From: a virus
DNA: 64,000 nt
Direction: 5' to 3' (one strand)
IMG/VR virus record: IMGVR_UViG_3300036792_000363
Coordinates: 32,001-96,000 of that record
Shown: positions 45,172 through 51,689 of the stretch, in pieces
Layout of the letters: every line of letters begins with the position of its first letter
Numbering within the stretch: position 1 is the stretch's first letter
The notes under the pieces: model-generated
Database searches by the model: none
What the model saw: the letters and a program-made list of their open reading frames with translations, nothing else
What the model was told of the DNA's origin: nothing
Position numbers and translations under genes: made by a program

Positions 45172-45243
45172 TGGGCGCAGAAGGGATCGAACCTACGACC
45201 TGTCCGGTGTGAGCGGACCGCTCTTCCGCTGAGCTATGCGCCC
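45172..45243 (-). tRNA. tRNA-Val(CAC)
   Basis: Loop CTCACAC. Confidence 0.9.
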
Positions 45244-45360
45244 TTGTTCGCTAGTGCGGGGTACCGGCTCTCCCGCTCCCTGGTTCACGCCACACCCCCT
45301 GCAGGACCCGGGCCCGTGGCGCGCACCTGGGCTGTATCCCGCGGGCACCAGGCCCGCACG

Positions 45361-45433
45361 CGCGTTCGGAGGGACTCGAACCCCCAGCCAGCAGCTCCGT
45401 AAGCTGTCGCTCTATCCGTTGAGCTACGAACGC
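45361..45433 (-). tRNA. tRNA-Arg(ACG)
   Basis: Loop TTACGGA. Confidence 0.9.
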
Positions 45434-45444
45434 ATTGTCTTGCG

Positions 45445-45516
45445 TGGGCGTGCCTGGAATTGGACCAGGCACCTCTTCCGTGTCGGGGAAGCGCTCTGCC
45501 GATGAGCTACACGCCC
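45445..45516 (-). tRNA. tRNA-Val(GAC), C33
   Basis: Loop CCGACAC; T loop TCCAATT. Confidence 0.85.
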
Positions 45517-45563
45517 GGGTTAACCCTGGTCAAGAGACCGGACATCGCGTACCGTCAGTAAAC

Positions 45564-45698
45564 GTGCTAGCAGCCTTCATCATCGGAGCCGTGATCGGCT
45601 TCCTCGTCGGCAACTGGGTCGGCGGCTGGCGGGCCGTGATCAACGTCAGCCGGGTCGCCCACAACGAACTCATGCGCAAGGCCAAGCTGCGCAAATAG
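45564..45698 (+). CDS. Small membrane protein
   Basis: MLAAFIIGAVIGFLVGNWVGGW TM segment with a basic tail; TACCGT box upstream. Confidence 0.55.
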   Translation: MLAAFIIGAVIGFLVGNWVGGWRAVINVSRVAHNELMRKAKLRK

Positions 45699-45699
45699 G

Positions 45700-45775
45700 C
45701 GGTCGAGACGGGATTTGAACCCGCGTTCTTCACCTTGACGGGGTGACGGGGACGGCCGAACTCCCCTACACGACC
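45700..45775 (-). tRNA. tRNA-Asp(GTC), C33
   Basis: Loop CCGTCAA. Confidence 0.85.
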
Positions 45776-45785
45776 ATGACCTGCG

Positions 45786-45858
45786 CTCTCCCGATAGGAC
45801 TCGAACCTATAACCCGCTGGTTAACGGCCAGCCGCTCTGCCAATTGAGCTACGGGGGA
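45786..45858 (-). tRNA. tRNA-Asn(GTT), C33
   Basis: Loop CCGTTAA. Confidence 0.85.
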
Positions 45859-45859
45859 T

Positions 45860-45937
45860 TGGTGGCGGAGGCGGGATTCGAACCCGCGTACCCCGGGTTA
45901 TGAGCCCGGACTGGGACCTAACTCCAGCTACTCCGCG
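45860..45937 (-). tRNA. tRNA-fMet(CAT) initiator
   Basis: Unpaired position 1:72, GGG/CCC anticodon stem, CCA. Confidence 0.9.
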
Positions 45938-45968
45938 TCGTTGGCACCAGCGTACGCCTGGTGCCTCG

Positions 45969-46041
45969 TTCTCCCAACGGGATTCGAACCCGTGCTCTCG
46001 CCTTGAAAGGACGGCGACCTGGGCCACTAGTCGATAGGAGA
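45969..46041 (-). tRNA. tRNA-Glu(TTC)
   Basis: Loop CTTTCAA. Confidence 0.85.
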
Positions 46042-46052
46042 GCGATGCTGCG

Positions 46053-46126
46053 TAGTCCTGGTCGGATTCGAACCGACGTCAACTGAGCTGAGAACCCAGC
46101 ATCCTAGGCCGCTAGACGACAGGACC
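46053..46126 (-). tRNA. tRNA-Glu(CTC)
   Basis: Loop TTCTCAG. Confidence 0.85.
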
Positions 46127-46214
46127 GCGGCCCGGCGGCTTGGCCGACCGCCGGATGAGGGAGCGGCGCTAGCAGCCGCGCCCACGGGGCCGTCTTTAAG
46201 CGCGGCCGTTCATG

Positions 46215-46287
46215 TGCGCCGGGCAGGATTCGAACCCGCGCGCGACTCCTTAGAGGGGAGCGGCTCTATCCGCTGAGCTACCGGCGC
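46215..46287 (-). tRNA. tRNA-Arg(TCT), C33
   Basis: Loop CCTCTAA. Confidence 0.85.
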
Positions 46288-46291
46288 TCGG

Positions 46292-46364
46292 TGGGCCGCC
46301 AGGGACTCGAACCCTGAACCCGCTGATTAAAAGTCAACTGCGCTGCCAGTTGCGCCAGCGGCCC
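46292..46364 (-). tRNA. tRNA-Lys(TTT)
   Basis: Loop CTTTTAA. Confidence 0.9.
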
Positions 46365-46437
46365 CGGCTAGTTAACCGGAAACCGTTTCAGCTTAAACAT
46401 GGAGCCTCCTGCGTCCGCTTAGTGAACGTCATGCAAG

Positions 46438-46510
46438 TAGCGGTAAAGGGACTTGAACCCCTGGCCGACCCATTATGAGTGGGGCGCTCTACCGGCTGAG
46501 CTATACCGCC
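46438..46510 (-). tRNA. tRNA-Met(CAT) elongator (Ile2 not excluded)
   Basis: Loop CTCATAA; GGCGGTA acceptor. Confidence 0.85.
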
Positions 46511-46516
46511 GTGCTG

Positions 46517-46592
46517 TGGTGGGCGGAGGAGGACTTGAACCTCCAACCTTTTCCGTATCAGAGAACTGCTCGGACCATCGAGCTGCCCGCCC
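46517..46592 (-). tRNA. tRNA-Ile(GAT)
   Basis: Loop CTGATAC; CCA. Confidence 0.85.
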
Positions 46593-46596
46593 GGAG

Positions 46597-46686
46597 CAGA
46601 GGAGGCGAGACTCGAACTCGCACGGGGGTTTCCCCCCTAACCGTTTTCGGGACGGCATCCGGTAGGCCAGCTCGGATTACTCCTCC
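46597..46686 (-). tRNA. tRNA-Ser(CGA), C33
   Basis: Loop CCCGAAA; long variable arm. Confidence 0.85.
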
Positions 46687-46853
46687 ATGACAAACTGTGA
46701 TACTTCGGTTACCGTGGTGAACGAACTTCTCGCCCGAGAGTTCGTAGGTTAACTACCGGCGTGAAGCGCGGCCAGATTACCGGAGAAGCACCCGGGGCCT
46801 GACGAGGCCGATGACGTCCCCGTTACAAGGGCGACCGGGTGCTTCTTCCGTTG

Positions 46854-46943
46854 CGGAGGGAGCGGGATTCGAACCCGCGGGGCCGCTCTCGCGGCCCACT
46901 GCCTTAGCAGGACAGCGCCTTCAACCACTCGTGCCATCCCCCC
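46854..46943 (-). tRNA. tRNA-Ser(GCT)
   Basis: Loop CTGCTAA; long variable arm. Confidence 0.9.
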
Positions 46944-47028
46944 AGGGGCCGATCGCCCCCTCCCGGGAAGGGGACTGACCGCCGCGGCATGCGCGACGCC
47001 CCGGGGCCTCGTGCCAACAGCCCCAAAG

Positions 47029-47113
47029 TGGGCGAGGAGGGACTTGAACCCTCACTCCTCTTGCGGGGAACCGGATCCTGAATCCGGCGCGTCTGCCGTT
47101 CCGCCACCCGCCC
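47029..47113 (-). tRNA. tRNA-Leu(CAG)
   Basis: Loop TTCAGGA; long variable arm. Confidence 0.9.
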
Positions 47114-47187
47114 GAGCGTCACCGTGCCGGGCGCGACCCGGACATGTGCTGGACCCCCCTGCCCGGTGACCACGGCGGGGGTACACG

Positions 47188-47261
47188 AGCCGACGACGGG
47201 ATTCGAACCCGCGACCTCAACCTTGGCAAGGTTGCGCGCTAGCCAGCTGCGCTACGTCGAC
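47188..47261 (-). tRNA. tRNA-Gly(GCC)
   Basis: Loop TTGCCAA. Confidence 0.9.
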
Positions 47262-47272
47262 ATTGAACTGCG

Positions 47273-47344
47273 AGCGGACGACGGGGCTCGAACCCGCGAC
47301 CCCGTGCTTGGGAAGCACGTGCGCTACCACTGCGCCACATCCGC
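47273..47344 (-). tRNA. tRNA-Gly(CCC)
   Basis: Loop TTCCCAA. Confidence 0.9.
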
Positions 47345-47377
47345 ACGCCGGGGCGGCGCTGGCCGCCCCGGGCACTG

Positions 47378-47578
47378 CTAGAACCGCTCTCCCTCTTCGG
47401 ACTGGGCGAACGGGTCGATCACCTCGATGCCGCCGTCATCGTGGAAGTCGATCGAGACCTCGCTGCCGAGGCAGGTGACCTTGCACCTGGCGCCCCAGCT
47501 CTCGACCTTCACCTTCAGCTCGGCCTGGACGTTGCCCAGGCCCACCGCGACGTCGCCGCGGGGCTTACTAGCGCTCAT
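47378..47578 (-). CDS. Hypothetical protein
   Basis: 66 aa GC3-biased ORF. Confidence 0.55.
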   Translation of the reverse strand: MSASKPRGDVAVGLGNVQAELKVKVESWGARCKVTCLGSEVSIDFHDDGGIEVIDPFAQSEEGERF

Positions 47579-47675
47579 CGCCGGCCTCCCCGTCTGCCAC
47601 CGTGACCGTGACCGACTCGGTGACCGAGAGGCCCTGCGAGTCGGTCGCGGTGACGGTGATGGTGAGGTCAGCCAC
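47568..47675 (-). CDS. Short beta-strand peptide (Ig-like fragment)
   Basis: MADLTITVTATDSQGLSVTESVTVTVADGEAGDER. Confidence 0.45.
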   Translation of the reverse strand: MADLTITVTATDSQGLSVTESVTVTVADGEAGDER

Positions 47676-48003
47676 CGGCCGGCGGGGTGACGGTGGTCGT
47701 GAAGACCGCGGTCCCGGTCCCGTTGGCCAGGGTGTTGGACCCCGCGGCGTAGGTGTCGCCGAAGGTGTCCGTCGGGGTGACGTCCATCGACTCGCTGGCC
47801 TGCTCGACCACGGTGACGGTGGTGGATGCCGAGGCGGAGTTGCCCGCGGCGTCAGTCGCCGAGGCGGAGATGGTGAGGGTGACCGGGTTGGACTGGCTGT
47901 CGGCGTAGGTCGCCGTCAGCGTCAGCTGCTGGCCGGCGATGTAGCTGGCCGCGTCGGTCGCGAGGGAGAGGGTGGGGGTGCCAGGGGCTGGCGGAGTGGT
48001 CAT
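47668..48003 (-). CDS. Ig-like beta-sandwich protein
   Basis: LTLTATY...VTLTISASATDAAGNSASASTTVTV; AAGGA RBS. Confidence 0.65.
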   Translation of the reverse strand: MTTPPAPGTPTLSLATDAASYIAGQQLTLTATYADSQSNPVTLTISASATDAAGNSASASTTVTVVEQASESMDVTPTDTFGDTYAAGSNTLANGTGTAVFTTTVTPPAGG

Positions 48004-48050
48004 GGCGTTCCTTTGATCGGGAGGACGTTGCCTCCTGACCAATCGCCACC

Positions 48051-48127
48051 TGGAGCCCGGAACCGGGTTCGAACCGGTGACCTCATCCGTACCGGGGATA
48101 CGCTCTTCCACGCTGAGCTATCCGGGC
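48051..48127 (-). tRNA. tRNA-Thr(GGT), C33
   Basis: Loop CCGGTAC; CCA. Confidence 0.85.
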
Positions 48128-48129
48128 GA

Positions 48130-48198
48130 GTCTGATTCCATCTGCCGTCTACCTGCTGTTTTCCCGAAGGAAGGGGAGGTGTTCTTCGACAGTCAGAG
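48130..48198 (-). ncRNA. Candidate Y-RNA-like structured RNA
   Basis: Ends pair; GTCGAAG in the 5' strand; pyrimidine-rich loop; UUCG hairpin. Confidence 0.3.
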
Positions 48199-48269
48199 TT
48201 CGCGGGCGTGTGAACTACCGGGGGCTCTGACCCCCCGGGCGGCCTGCCCAGAACCGCGTCTCCTCCCGG

Positions 48270-48354
48270 TGTCCGAGGCGGGACTTGAACCCGCACACCC
48301 CTTTCGGGGCACCAGCACCTCAAGCTGGGGCGTCTGCCGTTCCGCCACCCGGAC
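48270..48354 (-). tRNA. tRNA-Leu(GAG)
   Basis: Loop TTGAGGT; long variable arm. Confidence 0.9.
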
Positions 48355-48510
48355 GCGGGGCCTCGCCAATCCTGACGGACCCGTCGTGGTCGCAGAGGGA
48401 GCCGTCCGCGTGCACGCGCCGCGGGTGCCCTGGCTGCGAGTAGTCGATGCTCACGACTACGAGATCCCCGGTGCAGTAGACCGCCTTCGCTGTCATACCG
48501 CCGAGGATAG

Positions 48511-48584
48511 AGCCCCGAACCGGAGTCGAACCGATGGCCTGCTCATTACGAAAGAGCCGCTCTGGCCAGCTGAGCTACCGGGGC
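48511..48584 (-). tRNA. tRNA-Thr(CGT)
   Basis: Loop TTCGTAA. Confidence 0.9.
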
Positions 48585-48593
48585 GTGCCTGCG

Positions 48594-48666
48594 TTCCTCC
48601 TCATGGATTCGAACCACACACCTCTGACACCAGACGCCAGCGCTCTGCCAACTGAGCTAAGGAGGA
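48594..48666 (-). tRNA. tRNA-Gln(CTG)
   Basis: Loop GTCTGGT; T1-A72 pair. Confidence 0.8.
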
Positions 48667-48763
48667 GCATTGCCGGGGGTCTTTTCTCCCCCCGGGGTAA
48701 CGGCCTTGTCCCTCCCGCAGAGGAGGCCGGGCACGGATTCGCAGGACGGCCGTGCCAGCCGAG

Positions 48764-48839
48764 TGGGCGACGCGGGATTCGAACCCGCAGGTGACGCGGC
48801 TTTTGGGGCCGCCGCATATGCCGGTTCTGCTACTCGCCC
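48764..48839 (-). tRNA. tRNA-Leu(CAA), C33, short variable arm
   Basis: Loop CCCAAAA. Confidence 0.8.
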
Positions 48840-48843
48840 GTTG

Positions 48844-48915
48844 TGCGCCGCCAGGGACTTGAACCCCGTTCCGTGGATTAAGAGTCCGCTGCATATCCCT
48901 ACATGCTCGCGGCGC
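48844..48915 (-). tRNA. tRNA-Lys(CTT)
   Basis: Loop CTCTTAA. Confidence 0.85.
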
Positions 48916-49110
48916 ATTGTTTCCGGAAGTCAGTCCCGGGACCCCGCCGCGCGGAGCCTGGTGTCGCCCGCTTGCGGCGGGCTCACAGGGCGTCGGCGGG
49001 TGCCCCGGGGAGCATGAGACCCGGCCAGCCGGCTGGCCGGGCTTACGAGGCGTGTCGACTCGCGCCCGCCGGCCGGCCGTTTGATTACGGTCCTGACCGT
49101 CATACCCAAG

Positions 49111-49181
49111 AGCGGATGACCGGAATTGAACCGGCGTGGTCAGCTTGGAAGGCTGATGCTCGGCCACTGAGCCACATCCGC
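49111..49181 (-). tRNA. tRNA-Gly(TCC)
   Basis: Loop CTTCCAA. Confidence 0.9.
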
Positions 49182-49192
49182 ATTGAACTACG

Positions 49193-49266
49193 TGGTCACA
49201 GAGGCGATCGAATCCTCGAACCTACCGCTTTTCAGGCGGTCGCTCTTCCGTCTGAGCTATGCGACC
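49193..49266 (-). tRNA. tRNA-Phe(GAA)
   Basis: Loop CTGAAAA. Confidence 0.85.
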
Positions 49267-49406
49267 TCGTTGCTTGTCCCCGGATTTCCACTGTCGCAGG
49301 AATACCGGGTAACCGCACCTCGGCACGCATGCACCAGGTGGCCACCCAGTGCTTCAGCCGGTCTCTGCCAGGCGCTACCCGGGAACTGCAACTCGGGCCG
49401 CGGCCC

Positions 49407-49475
49407 GGCAGTCGGCAGGAGTCGAACCTGCCCGTGCGCATACCCCGCAGAGGGGCCAGGGCAGTCGCCGCTGCC
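49407..49475 (-). ncRNA. Degenerate tRNA-like element (intact T arm, no D arm)
   Basis: GCAGG-TTCGACT-CCTGC; bulged acceptor-like stem; weak CTG-loop hairpin. Confidence 0.4.
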
Positions 49476-49477
49476 CG

Positions 49478-49554
49478 TGGTCGGGATGACGCGATTTGAA
49501 CGCGCGGCCCCCTGGTCCCAAACCAGGTGCTCTACCAAGCTGAGCTACACCCCA
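49478..49554 (-). tRNA. tRNA-Pro(TGG)
   Basis: Loop TTTGGGA; CCA. Confidence 0.9.
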
Positions 49555-49620
49555 GTGCGCGTTGTTTAGGGTCCCGTAGGCAGAGCCGGATACGGGCCTT
49601 ATGGCACAACGCGTAAAGCC

Positions 49621-49697
49621 TGGTCGGGGAGGCGGGATTCGAACCCACGACCTCTGCTTCCCGAAAGCAGCGCGCTACCAAGCTGCGCCACTCCCCG
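49621..49697 (-). tRNA. tRNA-Pro(CGG)
   Basis: Loop TTCGGGA; CCA. Confidence 0.9.
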
Positions 49698-49896
49698 ATG
49701 CTCCGGTCCTCAGAGCCCTGCTTCGCCTTGACGAGAGTCCCCGGCCGACGTCAGCCAGGTGCCTCAGCGGCCGCGTGGCGGCGGCCTCGGCCAGCAGGCC
49801 CGAGTGGGGGTGGAGCTGGCGGGGCAGACCGGCTAGTGCCTTGTTCCGCATTACCAGGACAGCTTCCCCGCGGCCAAGCGGCTACCTGCCCGAGCG

Positions 49897-49969
49897 TGGA
49901 GACGACGCGATTCGAACGCGCAACCGCTTCAGTGCGAGTGAAGTGCTCTACCAGCTGAGCTACATCCCC
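49897..49969 (-). tRNA. tRNA-Ala(CGC)
   Basis: Loop CTCGCAC; G3:U70 pair. Confidence 0.9.
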
Positions 49970-50385
49970 TAGATATGCTGCCAAATCTTGCGCTGCCTGA
50001 TCTGCCAGATCAGGGTGTAATCCACCCCGAGCTGATCCGCTACCGCCCGAAGGGAGAGCGGCGAGGATCTCGCCATCAGGACGTCTGCTTCAGTCAGCTT
50101 GGCCGCGGCGTTGTCTTCTCCGCACAGCGCCTCGGCTGCCGACTTCTTCCTGTAGCACGGGCTGCACCGAACCACGCATTTGGCCAGTTCGGCTTCCCGC
50201 CGGGCCTTAGCCCAAGACCAGACCCTGTGCGTGATCTTGGTAGACGGATCCACATGATCAACTTCAGGGCTGTCCCAGGAACCGCAGTCGACGCACGGCC
50301 CATTTTCTGCAATCCACGCAGCACGACGAGCAGCCATCCACATGCGCATGTACTCTCGCTGCTGAACTGGATCTTTATACGGCAC
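49969..50385 (-). CDS. HNH endonuclease with C-terminal HTH
   Basis: PCVDCG...EVDHVDP...CVVRCSPC; KLTEADV...LSLRAVADQLGV; lower GC than its flanks. Confidence 0.8.
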   Translation of the reverse strand: MPYKDPVQQREYMRMWMAARRAAWIAENGPCVDCGSWDSPEVDHVDPSTKITHRVWSWAKARREAELAKCVVRCSPCYRKKSAAEALCGEDNAAAKLTEADVLMARSSPLSLRAVADQLGVDYTLIWQIRQRKIWQHI

Positions 50386-50391
50386 GCTCAC

Positions 50392-50398
50392 TATTACG
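50392..50398 (-). promoter_or_regulatory. Class B promoter CGTAATA (N6-GTG)
   Basis: CGTAATA-GTGAGC-GTG. Confidence 0.45.
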
Positions 50399-50409
50399 TG
50401 AAGCGCCCG

Positions 50410-50482
50410 TGGAGCCTACGCGATTCGAACGCGTGACCTTTTGCATGCCATGCAAACGCGCTACCAGCTGCGCCAAGGCCCC
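50410..50482 (-). tRNA. tRNA-Ala(GGC)
   Basis: Loop ATGGCAT; G3:U70 pair. Confidence 0.9.
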
Positions 50483-50702
50483 AGATAGGCGCTCGGCCAG
50501 GACGCGATGCGAACACGCCCCGGCCGAGCGCCGGTCAAACTGGCGCGACGCCCGGTACAGAGTGATCCCCGGGAGTAGCTGCTCTATCTTCCGTCGCGCC
50601 CAAATACACGGCGGCGAGATGGCGCTCGCCGCCTGATGCTCACCGCTATGGTCTTGTCATGTAGCGAGCACGTCCCCCGGGCCGAGGCCCGGATGGTGCC
50701 AG

Positions 50703-50776
50703 CAGGGGCGGCAGGATTTGAACCCGCGACGCGCAGTTTTGGAGGCTGCCGTTCTGCCTGGCTGAACTACGCCCCT
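50703..50776 (-). tRNA. tRNA-Trp(CCA)
   Basis: Loop CTCCAAA. Confidence 0.9.
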
Positions 50777-50796
50777 ACGTTCAGTTGTGAAACTAG

Positions 50797-50832
50797 AAAA
50801 GCCGCCCGCCAGGATCTTCTCCCGGGGACGGC
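50797..50832 (-). terminator. Terminator-like hairpin upstream of tRNA array
   Basis: GCCGTCC/GGGCGGC stem followed by TTTTCT; the overlapping TAGTTT may be the -10 box of the array. Confidence 0.5.
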
Positions 50833-51077
50833 TCCTGATGAGTCAGGGCCTGGTCCGCTACCCGGGGACCGCCTCGAAGGTCGGGATGCAGCTGCCTTCG
50901 GACAGATGCATGCGTGCGGGGATGGCGTACCACCCTCGTAGCTGCTTCTGATCCGATGACCTGTTCACCATGGCTCCTACGTTATCCGGGTGCCGGGCCG
51001 GCACCAACCGTTTTATCGGACGGGGGGCTTCCGCGCCCGCCGTGAGGTTCCACCATACCGCGCTTGCTTGACTCGTG

Positions 51078-51335
51078 TCAAGCGCCGAATCCCGTGACGA
51101 TCGTCCCCCGGTCGGCCACCACCGCGCGGGCCACCACCTCGTCCGTCGCGGCGCGGATGTCGACCGGGCTGACGTAGGTCCGCTCCCCCGCCATGACCCG
51201 CACCGCGGCGATGGCGTCCAGCAGGCGGAACGGGTCCTCGCCCACCAGGCCGGCCAGGGCGCTCACCGACTCCTCGCCGTCCTCCGGCCCGAGCGTGGCC
51301 GCGTACTCCATCAGGCGCTCGAACGGCATCCGCAT
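51078..51335 (-). CDS. Hypothetical protein
   Basis: 85 aa GC3-biased ORF; GATAAT box 6 nt upstream. Confidence 0.55.
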   Translation of the reverse strand: MRMPFERLMEYAATLGPEDGEESVSALAGLVGEDPFRLLDAIAAVRVMAGERTYVSPVDIRAATDEVVARAVVADRGTIVTGFGA

Positions 51336-51443
51336 TCGTCCATTATCGTACGAATCCGTTCGGTTAGTCGACACCCCCGCCCGCGCCCGGCACACTGGGG
51401 GTGCGGGGTAAGCCTTTCCCCCGCGCGCACCATGGGCGGGTGC

Positions 51444-51680
51444 TCAAGGGGAGGCCCGGGCAGCGGGCCTCCCCTGCCTGCTCACCAGCCACCCCCGGTG
51501 CTGCCGGACGAAATCGTGGTAGGCGGTGCCGAGGCCGCACTCCGCGCAGGTCAGCATCCCGTTCATCGAGGTGATGAACGGCAGCCTGTTCCGGCGCCGC
51601 ATCAGGCCCGCCTCAATCTTGAAGAAGATCCCGCCGCAGAACGGGCACCGGAGGCGGAACGGGGGACGACGCAGGCGCAC
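51444..51680 (-). CDS. Zn-ribbon hypothetical protein
   Basis: CPFCG...CAECG. Confidence 0.6.
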   Translation of the reverse strand: MRLRRPPFRLRCPFCGGIFFKIEAGLMRRRNRLPFITSMNGMLTCAECGLGTAYHDFVRQHRGWLVSRQGRPAARASP

Positions 51681-51689
51681 CGGCCCAGG

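Noticed and set aside
45518-46753. GTTAAC palindromes before tRNA sub-clusters
   Set aside because: Only three copies with variable spacing; not distinguishable from chance.
46795-46850. CTGACGA / CTGATGA (also at 50835) as hammerhead or fluoride-riboswitch cores
   Set aside because: No stem II-GAAA or cleavage triplet, and no fluoride-riboswitch 5' pseudoknot.
48320-48496. 58 aa minus-strand ORF MTAKAVYC...
   Set aside because: No RBS, and it ends inside tRNA-Leu(GAG); unsupported.
48916-49890. tmRNA, SRP RNA, RNase P or cobalamin riboswitch in the array spacers
   Set aside because: No Ala-type acceptor with tag ORF, no SRP helix-8 motif, no GAGGAAAGTCC; only fragmentary cobalamin-like words.
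44691-50776. Suppressor (CUA/UCA) tRNA or stop-codon reassignment of TAG/TGA
   Set aside because: No such anticodon found; TAG, TGA and TAA all end genes normally.
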